In this document: in pieces, positions 55,712-64,000 of the stretch
Position numbering within the stretch: position 1 is the first letter of the stretch
Layout: each line of letters starts with the position of its first letter
Assembly: GCF_009914755.1 (NCBI RefSeq)
Contig: NC_060930.1
Source: the human T2T-CHM13v2.0 reference genome, Homo sapiens
Length of the DNA stretch: 64,000 nt
Direction: 5' to 3' (one strand)
Notes under the pieces: generated by a model
The model's input: the letters and a program-made list of their open reading frames with translations, nothing else
Told to the model about the DNA's origin: nothing
Database searches by the model: none
Made by a program: the position numbers and the translations under genes

Positions 55712-56060
55712 CATGATTCCAATTGTATGACATTCTGGAAAAGGCAAAACTATGAAGACAGTCAAAAGTGGTTGCCAGGGCTTTCAGGGGAAGGAATGAA
55801 TCGGCAAAGCACAGACGATTTTTAGGGTGGTGAAAACACCCTGTATAATACTAAAAAGATAGATACCTGCCATTATCTACTCATCCAAACCCATAGAATG
55901 TACAAACACCAAGAATGAGCCCTAATGTAAACTAGGGACTTGGGTGAGAATGATGTGTCAATGGAGGCTCATTGACTGTACCAAACGTAACCCTCTGGTT
56001 GGGGATGTGGATAGCCGGGGAGGCTGTGCCTGTGTGAGGGCAGGAGGTGGATGGGAATTA

Positions 56061-56522
<462 letters not shown>

Positions 56523-56882
56523 TTAGATACCCTGTGCGTTTTGCAGATTGGGGAATTGAGGTTGAGGGACATTAGATTCGGTGTCTAAAGTGTGCCTGTT
56601 CATCATTCCTTTTGCGGAGCCCCTACAATGCTATGCGGAGCCGTCACCACACAGGTTTGTGGCTCCGCTTCCGCCACTGAGGATATCGCAAGCAAGATCC
56701 AAGTAAGACTCATTTGGAGAGAGTTTCCTCTTCTTTCTGGTGTGAAGAGCGTGGGGCCCTGCAAGGCTGTGCCCTGGATGGTGGTCTCTCCCCAACGCGC
56801 AGCAAGGCTGCTGAGAGCAAAGTCAGTGTAGAGGCAAGAAGATGGCGAGAGACAGACCCCGTGATCTCCTTGTCTGAGCCCA

Positions 56883-57894
<1,012 letters not shown>

Positions 57895-58901
57895 CACGGA
57901 CACAATGGGCCTGCAACCACAATTCTCCTCCTGGCATTCAGTTGCACAAGCCACTAAAGTCTTCCCTTCTTGAGCTAGTTGGAGTTGGCTGCTGTGTCTT
58001 GTGCCCACGCTGACTAACACTGCTCCTTGTGCAGCAGCCAGAAGCAGAGCTGGCACCTGCACCAAGCCCGGCCCTCTGTGCCCAAGATTGCCGCCTCTCC
58101 CAGGGGGCACTTGGTTATTTGACCCCCTCCTCACCCCACGGGCTCTGTTACCCAGTGAACTATGTTTAATCAATGGATAATTTGCATTCACAGCTTTTCT
58201 TCATCAGCCTTTCTAAACTAATTCAATGAGTCCTTTAGCGGCACAGGCTCAGATCGCGGAACACACCAGCGGACTCGCCGTAGCCAGATGAAGCCGGCCA
58301 TGGCGGCCTCGATCCCGCAGCTCTGCGGGCAGCTCTGGGGCTGCCGAGTCAGCAGGGGGACTCCCCCCACCTCCCGCTCTGTGGCTTGCTGTCCCCCTGA
58401 CCTCACTGGCCCATTGTCCCCACTGTATCACAGCCTCCTCCAAGAGCACCCGCCTCTTCCCGTACCTCACTCTGGGAGTTGGTCCAGGGCTAACTTCTAT
58501 CCCTGCCTCCTGCTTCCTCCCTGCCTGGTCTCCTCTCGCCCCTCTTGAACTTCCTTCTAAGGGCTGCTGAGTCTCAAGTCAGTAACACTCGGCCCCATCC
58601 CTGCAAGGAGCTTCAGCCTCACACGCACTCTTGCTACCTAACCATCCTCTCAAGCAGCCCATGATGCTGCAGATTCCACCAGGTCAAAACCGAACCCATC
58701 ATCATCCATGACCCCAAGTACCTTCCGCCTGTGCCAGGTGTGTTGTCCTAAACCGTTTTGTTGCTAGAAGCAGAGGACATCCCTAACTCACCTTCTCCTT
58801 CACCATCCAACCCGATCAGTGGTCAAGTTTTATCACTTCTGCATCTTCACTATTTAAATGCATTAACTTGTCTTTATTCCCATAGCCACTGTAGGGAATG
58901 A

Positions 58902-59858
58902 TCTCTACCACCTCTCACCTGAGTTCCTGTCTCTCCACCTCTCGCCTGAGTTCCTGTCTCTCCACCTCTCGCCTGAGTTCCTGTCTCTCCACCATCTCTC
59001 ACCTGAGTTCCTGTCTCTCCACCTCTCGCCTGAGTTCCTGTCTCTCCACCATCTCTCACCTGAGTTCCTGTCTCTCCACCTCTCGCCTGAGTTCCTGTCT
59101 CTCCACCATCTCTCACCTGAGTTCCTGTCTCTCCACCTCTCGCCTGAGTTCCTGTCTCTCCACCATCTCTCACTTGAGTTCCTGTCTCTCCACCTCTCGC
59201 CTGAGTTCCTATCTCTCCACCATCTCTCACCTGAGTTCCTGTCTCTCCACCTCTCGCCTGAGTTCCTGTCTCTCCACCATCTCTCACCTGAGTTCCTGTC
59301 TCTCCACCTCTCGCCTGAGTTCCTGTCTCTCCACCATCTCTCACTTGAGTTCCTGTCTCTCCACCTCTCGCCTGAGTTCCTATCTCTCCACCATCTCTCA
59401 CTTGAGTTCCTGTCTCTCCACCTCTCGCCTGAGTTCCTGTCTCTCCAACTCTCACCTGAATTCCTGTCTCTCCATCATCTCTCACCTGAGTTCCTGTCTC
59501 TCCACCTCTCGCCTGAGTTCCTGTCTCTCCACCTCTCGCCTGAGTTCCTGTCTTTCCACCATCTCTCACCTGAGTTCCTGTCTCTCCACCTCTCGCCTGA
59601 GTTCCTGTCTCTCCAACTCTCACCTGAGTTCCTGTCTCTCCACCTCTCGCCTGAGTTCCTGTCTTTCCACCATCTCTCACCTGAGTTCCTGTCTCTCCAC
59701 CTCTCGCCTGAGTTCCTGTCTCTCCAACTCTCACCTGAGTTCCTGTCTCTCCAACTCTCACCTGAATTCCTGTCTCTCCATCATCTCTCACCTGAGTTCC
59801 TGTCTCTCCACCTCTCACCTGAGTTCCTGTCTCTCCACACCCTCACCTGAGTTTCCTG
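58902..59858. repeat. VNTR of 27-bp and 30-bp units (~34 units, frequent 57-bp alternation)
   Basis: tctccacctctcgcctgagttcctgtc / tctccaccatctctcacctgagttcctgtc. Confidence 0.97.
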
Positions 59859-61216
59859 TGTCACCTGTTGTAACAGCCCTCTCTTAAGAGGTCAGCTGGT
59901 TAGGAAGCTCCAGTGTGAAAACCGTCCATAGGCATTGGTGGTTCACGGGACATTTTCCTTGGCAGAAACTTCAGTTTTACTGAGAACTGAGCTGGAAATG
60001 TACGTGTAAGCACAAGAGGCCTCCCAGAGCATTTGACCCAAATCCAGCACCAGTGTTGCATCCTCTTGCTGTAAAATAGGACATTTTTTCAAAAGGAGTG
60101 TGAAGTAAGTATTGATTCACAAAGTGCCCTGAAGTCCTTGGATACTCCTGTCCCTGAATTCCCTCCGTGGATTCCCCACCCCATCTCTCAGTGTTTGGAC
60201 AAGCGTGGGTTTTCTGACCAAACATTCTAAACAATGGCCTAAATTCATCCCTGAGAGGCTGGCATTCAGCCTTCTGTTTTCAATCTTTTTGAACTCAACT
60301 GTGTACTTGGACTGAGATTTTACATTGTGCAACTTCCTGACAGTAACGTGCCATTACCCTGGGGGGTAAAGGGCTATTTAAGTCCAGACTCAGCCATTCC
60401 CACCAGCCACAACAGAGCCAGACCTCTCCGTGCCCCGGGAGGGTGCCCTGAACTCAAAATGTCCCTTGGCGATTGGGTTTAATAACAGCATTTTCAAAGG
60501 CACTCCCCAGTCCACCATGGAATGTGGAGGCTGCCTCCTCTCCTGCCTCCGCTTTGCGGCACAGCTGTGGCTCTGGGTCCCACATGACTGCACAAAGTCA
60601 ATGCCAAGGGCGTGACCAGGGTGCCCGAGACCTCACTGTGGTCTGGGTGGAGCCCCAGCACTCAGGGTGCAGCTGCGCAAAGATTGCAGGCGCCTCTCCT
60701 GGGGCCTGAGCTTGTAAGTGTCCTTTGGATGTTGGGATGGGACACCTGACTCCTCAGTAGGGCACAAGGGGCCACTGTAGGAATAAAACTCAGAAAATCC
60801 CCCTGTTCACACTCAGCAACAGCCAAGCCCCCTTCAGTGTGATGCTGTGGGTGCTGACCTACAAATCCTCACCCAGACACCTGCCACCCCGGACCCCACA
60901 GAATGGGCAGGACGAAGATCCTCCTGGTTTGGGGCGAGGAAGTGACACCCTGGTCCCAGGACATCTCCAGGGTCCTCTGTCAGATACACACCCTCACCAA
61001 GCTGGCAAATAGGATGTGTCCCCATTTCACAGATGAGGAAAGTGGAGCCCAGAGAGCTTCCACGACTTTCCCAGGGTTGCGACAGAGCGAGGAGGGTCAA
61101 AAGGAGGATGGAATGGGCATGGCCCCCAGCCCGTCCTTGACCGCCAGTTCCTTCCTCTGTCTCCAGTTCCAAAGGGGTCATCACAGAGCACTTTGAAACC
61201 CCAGGGCTTCCCCCAC

Positions 61217-61882
61217 CGACCTCCCCCACTGACCTCCGCCGCTGACTTCCCCTGCTGACCTCTGCCACTGACCTCCCCCTCTGACCTCTGCCGCTGACCT
61301 CCACCGCTGACCTCCCCCGCTGACCTTCCGCCGACCTCTGCCGCTGACCTCCCCCTCTGACCTCCGCCATTGACCTTCCCTGCTGACCTCCACCGCAGAC
61401 CTCCCCCGCTGACCTCTGCCGCTGACGTCCCCCACTGACCTCCCCCTCTGACCTCCACCACTGACCTCCGCAGCTGACATCCCCTGCTGACCTCCCCCGC
61501 TGACCTCCGCCACTGACCTCTGCCACTGAACTCCACTGCTGACCTCCCCCACTGGCCTCTGCTGCTGACCTCTGCCGCTGGCCTCCCCCGCTGACCTCCC
61601 CCGCTGACCTCCCCCGCTGACCTCCCCCACTGACCTCTGCTGCTGACCTCTGCTGCTGCCCTCCCCCGCTGACCTTCCCCACTGACCTCCCCCACTGACC
61701 TCTGCCACTGACCTCTGCTGCTGACCTCCCCTGCTGACCTCTGCTGCTGACTTCTGCCACTGACCTCTGCCGCTGACCTCTGCTGCTGACCTCCCCCGCT
61801 GACCTCCCCCACTGACCTCTGCCATTGATCTCCCCCGCTGGCCTCTACCACTGACCTCTGCCACTGACCTCCCCTGCTGAAC
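61217..61882. repeat. 13-bp VNTR (~50 degenerate copies)
   Basis: ctgacctcccccg / ctgacctctgccg units. Confidence 0.96.
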
Positions 61883-64000
61883 TCTGCTCCCTCTATTTGT
61901 CCAGCTCCAGCTGCTCAAGAGACCCTGCAACCCTGAGGCCACCCCCTCTCCGTCAACCCCATGGACAAAGTGAGCTCCTTCCCCAGCTAGAGAGGCCTGC
62001 ACCCCCACCTGGCTTCGTGTCTGCTTTCTTATGTGTTTTTGTTTACTTTTCTCTCCTCAGTCTTTCTCGTGGATATTACTCATATTCCTTAACTCCGTTT
62101 CTAGTCCCTAAGACACTCTGGAAACATATTATCCTTGCCTGAAAGATTCCACTCATAATAAAGTGCCTTGCACTGAATGTGCTGTTAGAATCACAGGAAA
62201 ACAGGTGTCACTGGAAGCTGCCCTGCCGGCCGGAATCCTGGAATAGGGCAACACCTGGAATGGGCCTTTGTTGGCTCCAGAGAATAGAAGCTGGTGGCTG
62301 TCATGTGTGCCAGTCACCACTTACACTTGGGCATCGGCGTCTCACAGCAGTGGAAGATGCATGCTTGAAAGTGAACGAACAGTCTTTCTTTCAGCCTTCT
62401 ACTCCTTACCCCCTTCAGTAGGGTCTGTAATTTGAAGATCCATTTCGTATTTCCCATGGCTGCTTGGTGGGTTTTGTAGAATGACCTGAATCTTAACCTT
62501 TTCCAGCCAAAGAACAGGCATTTCTAGAAGAGCTTATTGATGGCAAAAAGGAAGAAAAAAAAAACCTTCACCAGGATATTCCTCCTGAGGAAAATGACTT
62601 TTTAAAGCTTTTGCAATGCCGAAAAAATACAAATGTGTGGATATCACTTACACTTCCAATAAAAGATGACAGCAACGTGGACTCGTCAAGTGGACGCCAT
62701 GGTCTCCAGGTGAAGCCACTTTCTATTCAGCAAAAGAGAGGAAATGGAGGGTGATAGCTGCCAGCACCCACAGTGCTCCAGATGCGGCCTGGGGCGGGTG
62801 TACGCTCCCTTGCAGCTTCACACTGACCGAGGCAAACACTGCTATTGCAGCTCTTTTGAGATTAAACCACTAAGAATCTAAGAAACCAGATGACTGCCAA
62901 GGCAAACTCAGCTCCTTCTCGCATGAGATCAGGGCAGAACCCAGACTGATTCCACAGCCTGTGCCTTCCTTCCCTGTCACGGCATCTTCTAGAGTTCTCT
63001 GGAATCCCTCTACTGAAGCTGAGCCAGAAATCTCTCTTGAGTGGAAGTGGAGCTGGTCCCAGGTGTGCCAAGCACCAAGCGAGGTGGCTGGAAATAAGAA
63101 TTAGGTCACAGTCTCCCGGGAAGCAGGTGGGGAGGCTGCTCCCTCGTGACTGCCATGTGCACCCCGACTCCAGGGAATGGACAGTGCCGACCGTGTTCTG
63201 AGGGTGCCCCGCTCTTGGTCTGGTGCCAGCACCTGCCTGGGCCTTGCCCTCTGCCTGCTGGGCTGGGATCTGATGCTGCGACCCAGCCCAGCACACCCAG
63301 TTCTGCTGCCCGCATAGCCAGAGGACTAGCGGACTTTGTGTGATGTGGCTGCTTCGTGACCCCCATTCAGAGAGGCTGACGGAGTGCGAGGGGCATGGCC
63401 CACGGGCCCACCGTGGGGTTGCAGGGCCAGGGCGCCGCCTGGCCTGGGCTGAGTAACGATGAGCTGCTGGGACAGTGGGGGCTGCAGCAGAGACCCAGGG
63501 TGGCTCGGAGCGTGGCTGCTGCACCTTCTCCCAAGCCTGGCCACTGCAGGGGACAGCGGTGGAGACCCTTCCATCCTGCAGCATTCCCAACACTGCACCT
63601 GCTGCCACCGGCGCACGCTGCATGCCAGGCAACAGGGACAGAGCCCACTCAGACAGAGCTTCCATCTCAAGCTTCAGCCTTGGACTGCTAATGCTAAAGT
63701 TGAGCTTTCACCATCAGCCCCAGTGCGGAGCCCCGGCAGGCTGCAGAGTCTGCCCAGCACCCCTAGTCAAGCAGGTGCCCAGTCCGGGATGAGAGCCACC
63801 CTGCATCTCCACGCAGCCCCACGTCCCCAAGTGTCAGGGCCTTATGTGGGCTGCGTCCTCCCTCTCCCAGTGCACCCCGCCAGGCTCCCCCCGTAGTCCG
63901 TCCTCCACAGGTTGTGCTGTGAGCTGGCCCCAAAACAAACCCTGCAGTGGGAGGAGCTGGAAGTCACCTGGGCTCCATCTCGCCTCCTCGTCTGTCACCC

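Noticed and set aside
58874-59887. 314-aa and 329-aa ORFs
   Set aside because: Translation of the 27/30-bp VNTR; units are multiples of 3 without stops, and there is no unique domain.
60834-62008. Three overlapping 274-308 aa Gly/Ser/Arg-rich minus-strand ORFs
   Set aside because: The 13-bp repeat lacks stops on minus, so all three frames are open, which argues against real coding.
62862-63896. 267-aa and overlapping ORFs
   Set aside because: GC-rich chance ORFs on both strands with no recognisable domain.

Overview
Primate, almost certainly human, non-coding genomic DNA. It is GC-rich and dense in minisatellites, as in distal or subtelomeric bands, but I cannot name the locus. I find no convincing protein-coding gene: the long ORFs come from VNTRs, TG low-complexity sequence, Alu/L1 or GC-rich DNA. 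The window holds about 12 Alus, several L1/L2/MIR remnants, solo LTRs (THE1 x2, MSTA, MLT1, MER4A1, an internally deleted LTR12, MER50 and an ERV1 LTR) and DNA transposons (MER5, Charlie, Tigger3b, Tigger2a, MADE2, MER53). It also has two CpG-rich patches (~4.0-4.8 kb and ~46-47.3 kb), a 1.3-kb TG block and five VNTRs (37, 21, 39/27, 27/30 and 13 bp units). The structures most worth a second look are: (1) a ~225-bp inverted duplication flanking a 1.25-kb segment (25.9-27.6 kb); (2) a VNTR that reads on the minus strand as an array of near-consensus 5' splice sites beside a candidate exon; (3) a 13-bp VNTR made of ~50 AGGTCA nuclear-receptor half-sites; (4) a young 131-bp microhomology-flanked tandem duplication. 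I do not see support for a new multi-gene biological system. Repeat family names come from recalled consensus sequences and need confirmation with RepeatMasker/Dfam.
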